Source: Candidatus Woesearchaeota archaeon B3_Woes (GTDB lineage Archaea > Nanobdellota > Nanobdellia > Woesearchaeales > B3-WOES). Taken from it: DNA of 64,000 nucleotides. The stretch is taken from NCBI GenBank assembly GCA_005222965.1, contig NJBG01000001.1:146323-210322 (forward strand), written 5' to 3'. Within the stretch, counting starts at the first letter, position 1; each line of letters starts with the position of its first letter. The notes beneath the pieces were generated by a model. It saw nothing but the letters and a program-made list of their open reading frames with translations. It did not search any database and was not told the DNA's origin. Of the stretch, positions 10,774 through 19,112 are shown one piece after another. Position numbers and translations under genes: made by a program.

Positions 10774-10933
10774 TGGGGCTACCCGGACTTTCACCAATGC
10801 GAAAGTAGTGATCCGATTTCGCGGTTGTTTTGAACCGGGATCATCTGGTTTTTTTGTGTATCACACCCAAACCAGAAAGGCTAACCAAGTTACCCCATAG
10901 CTTAATGTTATATAATTAAAATTATATAATCCC
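10774..10933 (-). tRNA. tRNA-Pro(TGG) with three introns (3/4: 10902-10930; 37/38: 10850-10865; 59/60: 10788-10828)
   Basis: Spliced form GGGGCTA TG GGGT AACTTGGTTA GCCT T TCTGG TT TGG GA CCAGA TGAT CCCGG TTCAAAT CCGGG TAGCCCC A folds as a complete cloverleaf; BHB-like junctions. Confidence 0.88.
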
Positions 10934-11038
10934 ATTCTAGAGGTAACTTTAAATTGTAGATAATCTTTGGTTTTTAAATCTATCGGTAATACATTGTTTT
11001 CCGACATATTTATATATTGTTCACATATACAAAAAGAT

Positions 11039-12139
11039 ATGACACTAACAGAAAAACAAAAACACGATTTGAAGAAATTTGTAAAAGAACTAGAACAACA
11101 TAGAGGTCGCCATACAGAACTGGTTAGTGTATATGTTCCTTCTGGTTATGATATAATCAAGATTATACAGCACCTTGAACAAGAAAGAGGTACTGCTTCT
11201 AATATAAAATCAGCAGCCACACGTAAAAACGTTATTACTGCTTTAGAAAAAATGATCCAGCATCTAAGATTGTTTAAAAAAACACCAGATAATGGTTTAG
11301 CAGTTTTTGCAGGAAATGTATCTGAAAGAGAAGGCCAGGAAGATTTTGAAGTATGGAGTGTAGAACCTCCAGAATTATTAAAAACAAGAATCTATAGATG
11401 TGATAAAGAATTTCAATTAGAATTACTAAGAGATATGATGGATGTAAAAGAAGTTTATGGCTTGGTAATACTTGATAGGAGAGATGCTAACATTGCTTAT
11501 CTAAAAGGAAAAACAATTGTTCCATTAAAATCAACACATTCAGAAGTTCCTGGAAAAACAAAAGCAGGAGGGCAATCTGCTGCTCGTTTTGAAAGATTAA
11601 GGGATGGCGCTGCTAAAGAACATTTCAAAAAAGTAGCAGAATATGTTAAAGAACAATTTTTAGATAATAAAAACCTAAAAGGAATTATAGTTGGAGGACC
11701 AGGACCAACAAAACACGACTGGGTTGATGGTGGTTATCTAACAGATCAGCTAAAACAAAAGATTATTGCAGTTAAAGATTTAGGTTATACAGGAGATTTT
11801 GGTTTACAGGAATTAGTTGACAAAAGCCAGGATGTTTTAGCAAACGAAGAACTTGTTTCTGAGAAAAAAATTATGCAAAGATTTTTGGATTTATTAGCAA
11901 AAAAACCAAACATAATTTCTTATGGTGAAAAAGAAGTTATGGAATTTCTAAAAACAGGTGTTGTTGAAATTATATTACTATCAGAAAAACTGGATGATAA
12001 AAAAATAGAAGAGTTTGAAGAAGAAGCAAACAAAGTTGGAACAGAGGTAAATATTATTTCAACAGAAACAAGAGAAGGGGTTCAATTAAAAGAGCTCGGT
12101 AAAGTAGCAGCTATTCTAAGATACGAACAACACCAGTAA
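11039..12139 (+). CDS. prf1: Peptide chain release factor aRF1
   Basis: NIKS, YRCD and GGQS motifs; start reset to ATG 11039. Confidence 0.96.
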   Translation: MTLTEKQKHDLKKFVKELEQHRGRHTELVSVYVPSGYDIIKIIQHLEQERGTASNIKSAATRKNVITALEKMIQHLRLFKKTPDNGLAVFAGNVSEREGQEDFEVWSVEPPELLKTRIYRCDKEFQLELLRDMMDVKEVYGLVILDRRDANIAYLKGKTIVPLKSTHSEVPGKTKAGGQSAARFERLRDGAAKEHFKKVAEYVKEQFLDNKNLKGIIVGGPGPTKHDWVDGGYLTDQLKQKIIAVKDLGYTGDFGLQELVDKSQDVLANEELVSEKKIMQRFLDLLAKKPNIISYGEKEVMEFLKTGVVEIILLSEKLDDKKIEEFEEEANKVGTEVNIISTETREGVQLKELGKVAAILRYEQHQ

Positions 12140-12169
12140 ATTTATAAACAGTGGTGCCTAACTTCTTTC

Positions 12170-12643
12170 ATGTTTGTAAGATTAAAAAAAATTAAAGATA
12201 AATACTATGCCTATCACGTCCAAAACAAAAGAGTTAGAGGAAAAGTAAAACAAAAAGTAAAGGGTTATATTGGACGAGCATATTTTCCAAAAAAAACTAA
12301 TGAAAAAGATTTCTTTGAATTTGTAAACGAAAATATAAATAACTACAATAAACCATTTAAAGAAATTATTGAAGATCTAATCAAATGGGAATTTCTAAAA
12401 CACAATCTAAAAGATATTGAACTAGATAAATTTTTAATAAAAAAAGACAATAATAAAATTATTCTAAAGCTTAATGAAGGTTATTTATACGATAAAACAA
12501 TAAAAAACATGATAAAATTCCAGCCAGTTGGTGATGATGAATATATTATAGGAAAAGAATTTGCAGAAGTTTTTGTTAAAGCAGGAATAGACATTCCAAA
12601 AGAATTGTTTGTAAAATTATTTGAAAAGATTATCAAGAATTAA
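12170..12643 (+). CDS. Hypothetical protein with basic N-terminal beta domain
   Basis: 157-aa ORF preceded by TATA-like TTTATAAA. Confidence 0.7.
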   Translation: MFVRLKKIKDKYYAYHVQNKRVRGKVKQKVKGYIGRAYFPKKTNEKDFFEFVNENINNYNKPFKEIIEDLIKWEFLKHNLKDIELDKFLIKKDNNKIILKLNEGYLYDKTIKNMIKFQPVGDDEYIIGKEFAEVFVKAGIDIPKELFVKLFEKIIKN

Positions 12644-13323
12644 TTACCAAATCTTCTCTGCCTTTTTTCCTTAAATTCTTTTACAATATCAAACAAATCT
12701 TGTTTTTCAAAATCAGGCCAATGTTTTTCAAGAAAGAAAAGTTCAGAATAAGTTGAATGCCATGTAAGAAAATTAGATAATCTTTGTTCTCCTGATGTTC
12801 TTATTATTAAATCAGGTGAATTTTGGATATAAAGATAATTTGCAAAACTCTCTTCATCTACTTTATCAACACCAGATTTCAAAACTTTATTTACAGCATC
12901 AACAATTTCCTCTCTTCCACCATAAGCTACACAAAAGTTTGCAATGTAATTATCATAATCTTTTGTAGCTTCCATAACTTCTTTTGCGGCTTTCTGAACT
13001 TTTTCAGGAAGCATATGAAGACGCCCTATAAATCTTATCTTAACCTTATTTTCATGAACCTTTTTGTCTTTTAATAAATCTTCTGCAGCCTTTACAAAAA
13101 TATTCATAAGAAAATCTACTTCTTTTTTATCTCTTGAAAAATTTTGTGTTGAAAAACAATATAAACTTAATTCTTTAATTTCAGCTTCTTTTGCTGCTTC
13201 AAACAATTCTTTTAGTTTATCAAAACCAGCCTTATGACCATCCCAAGGCATTAATCCCTTATTTTTTGCCCATCTACGATTGCCATCTAAAATTATTCCT
13301 ACGTGTAGTGGCTTTTCTTCCAT
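12640..13323 (-). CDS. uppS: cis-prenyltransferase (UppS family)
   Basis: ILDGNRRWA, FSTQN, YGGREEI, IRTSGEQRLSNFL. Confidence 0.95.
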   Translation of the reverse strand: MEEKPLHVGIILDGNRRWAKNKGLMPWDGHKAGFDKLKELFEAAKEAEIKELSLYCFSTQNFSRDKKEVDFLMNIFVKAAEDLLKDKKVHENKVKIRFIGRLHMLPEKVQKAAKEVMEATKDYDNYIANFCVAYGGREEIVDAVNKVLKSGVDKVDEESFANYLYIQNSPDLIIRTSGEQRLSNFLTWHSTYSELFFLEKHWPDFEKQDLFDIVKEFKEKRQRRFGN

Positions 13324-13411
13324 TTCTCTAAAAGGATACTGATTATTTATAAAACTTATGGATTTTTTACTCTATACTAAAGTTTTATAAACAATATAAC
13401 TAATAATCAGG

Positions 13412-14047
13412 GTGATGGAAGAAGAAATAATAGAAGAACCGTGGTACAAAGGCCCAATAAAATGGATTATAAGCCTTTTCTTAATATTATTAATTATTTT
13501 ATGGTTTATACCTGCTTATGGAGTTAAAATTGATCCAAGGCCATCTTATATTCCAACAATAGATGAAGTTGTTGTTTCAAAAATAGAAGTTGATGAAACT
13601 CATCATAACTCAATTTCATTAGAGCTAGTTAAAGGAAGTGACCCTGTTATCAAAGAGATTGCAGATAAAATTGTTGTTAAGGCTTGTCAGAATGGTGGAA
13701 GAGTATGCCATTCAAAAGCCCTTTTTTATTTTGTAAGAGATAATTTTAATTATGTCTCTGATCCAACAGAATATGAATATATAAAAACAGCCAAAGAAAG
13801 CTTAGTTTCTGGTGGTGGAGACTGTGATGATGCATCAGTACTACTAGCAAATTTATTAGATGCAGTAGGAATTGAAACAAGATTTGTATTTATTCCAAGA
13901 CATGTTTATTTAGAAGGGTATCTTCCAGAAGCTCTAAATAGATACAAAACACAAAGTTGGGTAGTTTTAGATGCAACATGCAAAAATTGTGGGTTTGGAG
14001 AAATGCCATATCAAAATCAGAATAAAAGAAAAACCTATTTAGGATAA
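13412..14047 (+). CDS. Membrane-anchored transglutaminase-like protein
   Basis: GDCDD catalytic Cys, HVY and LDAT triad; N-terminal TM helix. Confidence 0.85.
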   Translation: MMEEEIIEEPWYKGPIKWIISLFLILLIILWFIPAYGVKIDPRPSYIPTIDEVVVSKIEVDETHHNSISLELVKGSDPVIKEIADKIVVKACQNGGRVCHSKALFYFVRDNFNYVSDPTEYEYIKTAKESLVSGGGDCDDASVLLANLLDAVGIETRFVFIPRHVYLEGYLPEALNRYKTQSWVVLDATCKNCGFGEMPYQNQNKRKTYLG

Positions 14048-15562
14048 AACAACTTCTTTAATAATAAAATCTGCATTATTTTTACTCTCTTCTTTTACTT
14101 CATATTTTTTTATATTAATTTTACTCTTAAACAAAGGACAATCTATAACTAAACTTTCAAACTCTCCTCCTTCGCCAGCAACATTTATTCCAATCTTTTT
14201 ATTTATTTTAACTAATTCATCTATATCTTTATCAGAAATAATCTTGCCTAACCAACTTTTATCTAAACCATCAGCAGCTATTTTTGTAAAAATAATCTTA
14301 AACTTATTTGTAATTAATTTCCTCATATAATCTTCTTGATTGATATGCCACAAAGGATTAAAACACTCTAATTTTAATTTTTTACATAACTTCTCAATTC
14401 TTATTCGCTGATAATTAGAATACAAAGCACCAGTAATTATTCCTTTAATATTATATTTTTGCTTAGCTAACTTTAAAGCAACTTCCAAATCTTTAAGCTC
14501 TTTTTCTTTCTCACCTTTAGATTTAACATACACTAATGGCAAACTCATTGAATCTGCTTGTAATTTAACAGTTTGCTTATCTGGTTTGTGATACATATAA
14601 GAAAATTCGTTTTTGGGATCAATATTTATTAAACATTTTACAGGATATCCTTTTTGTTTTATTAAATACATAGCATAAGTCGAATCCTTTCCAGATGAAA
14701 ATAAACAACCCAAACTTGGTTTTAAAAAACTAGCCAAATAATCCTTTTTAAATTTAAAATTATTTTTTCTTGCTAATCTCAAAATAGCTCTATCAACACG
14801 GCTTCCATATTGTGCTGCTCTTTTTTTTCTAAACGCTATCTCTTTATTTAAACCAATTTCATCAGCAATTTGCCTTAAGATTAACTTATTGTTCTGCTTA
14901 TTTATTTTATTTTTAACAGGAACATTCATTGCTAATGTTATTATTTTCTCTTCTAAAAAAGGTGTTAATAATTTTATTTTAAAATAATTAGACAAAGTAA
15001 AATCTCTCTCTAAATCTCTATCATACATCAAACTTAGACCATTCCAACATTCTTTTTGAATGTCTTTAGCTAATTCATGTCTTTGATAACCAGCAAAGAT
15101 TTCTTCAGATCCTAAACCAGAAAATAAATAATGAACATTATCTTTTTTTGCTTGCCCCATAGCAGCATAAACAACACTACCGACACCAACCTTAGTAACA
15201 TCACTTGTATTCAACAATTTTGTTGTTTTTCCTATCACCTTTTCTGCTTCATTTAAACTTAAATGGATTACCTTAAGTTTTAACCTCAATTCTTTTGCAA
15301 TTTTTTTAGCATACAAAACATCTTCAGAATTATCCAATCCAATAACATAACAAATAAAATCTTTTTTTAATTGTTTGCATACCAAAGCTATAAAACTGGA
15401 ATCAACACCACCTGAAAACAATACTCCAAATTTTTTATTAGGAACAAGATTCTCAATTGTTTTAAACAATTCTTTTTTTAGTATTTCTTGATCTACTTTA
15501 ACTCTAACATTCTTCACTTTCTTAATATAATTCTTCCATTCTTTTTTATTTATCATAATCAA
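14039..15562 (-). CDS. dph6: Fusion of an asparagine-synthase synthetase domain and diphthine-ammonia ligase (Dph6)
   Basis: N-half FSGGVDSS, SGLGSEEIFAGY, KKRAAQYGS; C-half FSSGKDS, SYMYH, GALYSNYQ, GEGGEFES. Confidence 0.85.
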   Translation of the reverse strand: MIMINKKEWKNYIKKVKNVRVKVDQEILKKELFKTIENLVPNKKFGVLFSGGVDSSFIALVCKQLKKDFICYVIGLDNSEDVLYAKKIAKELRLKLKVIHLSLNEAEKVIGKTTKLLNTSDVTKVGVGSVVYAAMGQAKKDNVHYLFSGLGSEEIFAGYQRHELAKDIQKECWNGLSLMYDRDLERDFTLSNYFKIKLLTPFLEEKIITLAMNVPVKNKINKQNNKLILRQIADEIGLNKEIAFRKKRAAQYGSRVDRAILRLARKNNFKFKKDYLASFLKPSLGCLFSSGKDSTYAMYLIKQKGYPVKCLINIDPKNEFSYMYHKPDKQTVKLQADSMSLPLVYVKSKGEKEKELKDLEVALKLAKQKYNIKGIITGALYSNYQRIRIEKLCKKLKLECFNPLWHINQEDYMRKLITNKFKIIFTKIAADGLDKSWLGKIISDKDIDELVKINKKIGINVAGEGGEFESLVIDCPLFKSKINIKKYEVKEESKNNADFIIKEVVLS

Positions 15563-15617
15563 CGAGTAAAACAGTAACCTTTATAAATGCCTTCTTTTTC
15601 CTCTAAATTGAATATTT

Positions 15618-15651
15618 CCCGTGGACTATCTGTTTAGGGATGATAGGAGGG
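15618..15651 (+). promoter_or_regulatory. Kink-turn hairpin in the rpl1 leader covering the SD
   Basis: CCC-GTG-GA-CTATC pairs with GATAG-GA-GGG; TATA-like TTTATAAA at 15581. Confidence 0.6.
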
Positions 15652-15656
15652 TACAA

Positions 15657-16382
15657 ATGGAAAAGAATGATTTTATCAAAGCATTAAAAAAATCAAAAGA
15701 CAATTCTCCTAAAAGAAAATTCAAACAAAGTTATGATTTAATTATAAACTTAAGAAATCTGGATCTTAAAAAAACAGAAAATCAAATAGATAATTTTATA
15801 CAGTTACATTATGATAGGGGCAAAAAGGTAAAAATATGCGCTCTAATTGGATCAGAACTAAAAGCAACAGCCAAAGAAGAGTGTGATATGGCTATTGAGC
15901 TTATAGATTTCGATAAATATGCAAAAAACAAAAAATTAACTAAAAAACTAGCTCAAGATTATGATTTCTTTATTGCTCAGGCAAACATTATGCCAAAAGT
16001 AGCAGCAGCATTTGGTAAGATATTAGGTACAAAAGGAAAAATGCCTAATCCAAAAGCAGGGTGTATTGTGCCTCCAAATGCAAATCTAAAAGCAGTAGTT
16101 GCAAAGCTGCAAAATTCAGTCAGAGTACGTGTAAATATTTCTCCTTTATTCCAATGTAGAATTGGTAAAGAGGATACTCCAGAAGAACATCTTATAGATA
16201 ATGCTTTTGTAATATACAATTCAATGATTCATTCCCTACCAGGAGAAAAAAATAACATTAGAAGTGTTTATTTAAAATTAACAATGGGCCCTTCTATTAA
16301 AATTGGTACAGAAACAGTAGAAGAAGCTCCTAAAGAAAAGAAAAAAGAAGCAAAGGTAGAAGACAAAAAACAAAAAGATTAA
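15657..16382 (+). CDS. rpl1: 50S ribosomal protein L1
   Basis: RKFKQSYDL, LGTKGKMP, KLTMGP; start reset to the ATG after GGAGG. Confidence 0.96.
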   Translation: MEKNDFIKALKKSKDNSPKRKFKQSYDLIINLRNLDLKKTENQIDNFIQLHYDRGKKVKICALIGSELKATAKEECDMAIELIDFDKYAKNKKLTKKLAQDYDFFIAQANIMPKVAAAFGKILGTKGKMPNPKAGCIVPPNANLKAVVAKLQNSVRVRVNISPLFQCRIGKEDTPEEHLIDNAFVIYNSMIHSLPGEKNNIRSVYLKLTMGPSIKIGTETVEEAPKEKKKEAKVEDKKQKD

Positions 16383-16383
16383 A

Positions 16384-17793
16384 ATGGCTCACGTAGCAGA
16401 CTATAAGAAAAAAGTTGTAGATGGTTTTGTTAAACTAATCAAAGAATATCCTATAGTCGGTGCTATAGATGTGGAAGGTATGCCAACTGCTCAGCTTCAA
16501 AAGATGAGGGAAACACTAAGAGAAAACGATGTTGTCTTATTAATGTCAAAAAGAAGGATTATGAAAATAGCTTTGGAAAAAGCCAAAGAAGAAAAAAAAG
16601 GTATTGAAGAGTTAGAAAAAAATTTACAAGGAATGCCTGCTTTAATATTTTCAAAAGTAGATTCTTTCAAACTATATAAATTATTAAAACAAAGCAAGAG
16701 CGAAGCTCCTGCAAAACCAGGCCAAATAGCTCCAAAAGATATTGTAGTTAATGCTGGCAAAACCAACTTCTTACCTGGTCCAATCATTAGTGAATTAAGT
16801 GGTGTTGGAATTAAATCAGGAGTTGAAGACGGAAAAGTGGCTATAAAAGAAGATTGTGTTGTATGTAAAGAAGGCGAAACAATAAACGCACAACTTGCAG
16901 GACTTTTAACAAGATTAAACATTAAACCAATGGAAATTGGGTTAAACTTAGTAGCATCTTTTGAAAAAGGGGTTATCTTCAAGAGAGATGTTTTAGATAT
17001 TGATGAAGAAAAATTCTTATCAGATATAACAAAAGCAGCATCAGAATCATTTAACTTAAGTGTTGAAGCAGGTTATATAACAAAAGAGAATGTTGATGTA
17101 ATCATAAACAATGTTTTCTATAGTTGTAAAGCGCTTGCAGAAGAAAGCAAGTTTATGGCAGATGTTGTTGTAGAAGATATGTTGGCACAAGCAGAGCAAG
17201 GTGCAAAATCACTACAAGCAGAAGCAAAAGTAGAAGTTACTCAAGCCAAAGAAGAACCAAAAGCAGAAGAGAAACCCTCTGCTGTTGAAAAACCTAAAGA
17301 GGAAAAACCTCCTGAAGAAGTAGAAACACCAGCAGAGAAAAAGGAAGAAGAGCTTTTAGAAAAAGAAAAAGAGATTATTGAAGAAGAGAAAAAGCTTGAA
17401 GAACCTAAAGATGAAGAAAAGCCTGCTGTTGAAAAAGAAGTTGAAGAAGCTGTAAAAGAGGAAGAGGAGAAAAAACTTGAAAAAGAAAGAATTGATACTG
17501 AAAAAGAAATCGAGAAAGTAGAGAAAGAAAAAGAACCAACAACAGACGAAAAAATAGCAAAGATGGTTCAATCACAACAAAAACATGCTTCTGGTGAAGA
17601 TAAAAAAGAAAGTGCAGAAGCACTTATTGAAGAAGTAGAATCCAAAGTCGATAAAGAGAAAAAAGAAATAGAAGAAGTTGAAAATATTGTAGATCAATTA
17701 AAAAAAGGTAAGTCTATAAAACCACAAGAAGATGATAAAGTTCCTAGTGCTGCTGAACTAGCAGCTAAAAAACAAAAAGAATCTCAAGATTGA
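16384..17793 (+). CDS. rpl10: 50S ribosomal protein L10 (P0) with long acidic tail
   Basis: HVADYKKKVV, APAKPGQIAP, TNFLPGP, L.IKPM; in the rpl1-rpl10-rpl12 operon. Confidence 0.95.
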   Translation: MAHVADYKKKVVDGFVKLIKEYPIVGAIDVEGMPTAQLQKMRETLRENDVVLLMSKRRIMKIALEKAKEEKKGIEELEKNLQGMPALIFSKVDSFKLYKLLKQSKSEAPAKPGQIAPKDIVVNAGKTNFLPGPIISELSGVGIKSGVEDGKVAIKEDCVVCKEGETINAQLAGLLTRLNIKPMEIGLNLVASFEKGVIFKRDVLDIDEEKFLSDITKAASESFNLSVEAGYITKENVDVIINNVFYSCKALAEESKFMADVVVEDMLAQAEQGAKSLQAEAKVEVTQAKEEPKAEEKPSAVEKPKEEKPPEEVETPAEKKEEELLEKEKEIIEEEKKLEEPKDEEKPAVEKEVEEAVKEEEEKKLEKERIDTEKEIEKVEKEKEPTTDEKIAKMVQSQQKHASGEDKKESAEALIEEVESKVDKEKKEIEEVENIVDQLKKGKSIKPQEDDKVPSAAELAAKKQKESQD

Positions 17794-17811
17794 AAATAGG
17801 AGGAAAACAAA

Positions 17812-18129
17812 ATGGAATATATATATGCAGCAATGTTGCTTCATAAAGCAGGTCAAAAAATCGAGGAAGCTTCTGTTAAAAAAGTATTAGAATCAGCAGG
17901 AGTTAAGCCTGATGAAGCTAGAGTAAAAGCTTTAGTAGCTGCTTTAGACGGAGTTAATATTGATGAAGCCATAAAAAAGGCTGCTGTACCTGTTGCTGCT
18001 GCATCTGCTCCTGCAGAAGGAGGAGACAAAAAAGCAGAACAAAGTGCAGAAAAGAAAGAAAAAGCTAAGAAAGAAGAAGAAGCATCATCTGAGCAGGCAG
18101 CTGCTGGTTTGGGTGCATTATTCGGATAA
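17812..18129 (+). CDS. rpl12: 50S ribosomal protein L12 (P1)
   Basis: [11 protein letters not shown] ... [10 protein letters not shown]. Confidence 0.97.
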   Translation: MEYIYAAMLLHKAGQKIEEASVKKVLESAGVKPDEARVKALVAALDGVNIDEAIKKAAVPVAAASAPAEGGDKKAEQSAEKKEKAKKEEEASSEQAAAGLGALFG

Positions 18130-18175
18130 ACGCTTTTTTTATTTTTTTTAAAAATGCCAGAGAACGTGAGCGGAC

Positions 18176-19063
18176 ATGCTATCGAAAGAAGAACAGAAAG
18201 AATTATTTAGAAAGAAATCTAAACTAAATGAAGAAATAAAAGGTTTAAGAAAAGAACTTAACCAAATAAATGATAAAAAAGAGTCTGCTTTTGATAAAAA
18301 AGAAAAAGTAACTGGTTCTATATCAAATCTGATTAATAGAGTTAAATCTTCTAAAAGTCAGAGGGATAAATTAACTAAGGAAGTTAAAGAAGTCAAGGTA
18401 AATAGGCAAAAGTATAATGATAAAATAAAAAAAGAAATATATCAGATAAAAGAATTGAACAAAGAGAAAAAGAGAATACAAAAAAAATACAACATAAAAG
18501 AGGATCCTTCTTCTATAAAAAGAGATATTGACGCTTTAGAAAGTAAAATTGAAACAGAAGTTATGAGTTTTGATAAAGAAAAGAAATTTATGAAAAATAT
18601 AAAAGATTTAAAGAAAAAATATGAAAAAGTAAAAATTGTTTCTGATGTCTTTGATAAAATTCATGAAGTTGATAAAAAAATAAAAGAGTTAAGAAAAGAA
18701 TCAAATGATAAACACAAAGAAATACAAAAAAAAGCTCAACAATCTCAATCTAAACATGAAGAACTTATTGAAACAAGCAAAGAAATAGATGATCTAAAAG
18801 GCAAAGAAGAAGAAACTTATAAGAAATTCTTTGATACAAAGAAAAGATTTACTGAGATAAATGATCAACTAAAAGAAAAACTAACAGAAATTAGCAAAAT
18901 AAACGAACAGTTAAAAAAATATAATAATGAAGTAGTTAAAACAAAAAAAGATGCTGTAAATAAAAGCCTAAAAGAAAAAGCAGCAGTAGTTGAAGAAAAA
19001 ATAAAAAACAAGAAAAAGTTAACAACAGAAGACTTACTAATTCTACAAGGCTCTGAAAAATAA
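18176..19063 (+). CDS. Archaeal coiled-coil protein (COG1340-like)
   Basis: Continuous heptad pattern ending in KKLTTEDLL. Confidence 0.75.
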   Translation: MLSKEEQKELFRKKSKLNEEIKGLRKELNQINDKKESAFDKKEKVTGSISNLINRVKSSKSQRDKLTKEVKEVKVNRQKYNDKIKKEIYQIKELNKEKKRIQKKYNIKEDPSSIKRDIDALESKIETEVMSFDKEKKFMKNIKDLKKKYEKVKIVSDVFDKIHEVDKKIKELRKESNDKHKEIQKKAQQSQSKHEELIETSKEIDDLKGKEEETYKKFFDTKKRFTEINDQLKEKLTEISKINEQLKKYNNEVVKTKKDAVNKSLKEKAAVVEEKIKNKKKLTTEDLLILQGSEK

Positions 19064-19112
19064 ATTCAAAAGATTTAAATACGTCCCTGATTGGTTACTA
19101 ATCAAAAGAGGT

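Noticed and set aside
10895..10905. tRNA-Pro as a pseudogene or a 5'-editing substrate because of three acceptor mismatches
   Set aside because: Fully explained by the 3/4 intron with a strict BHB
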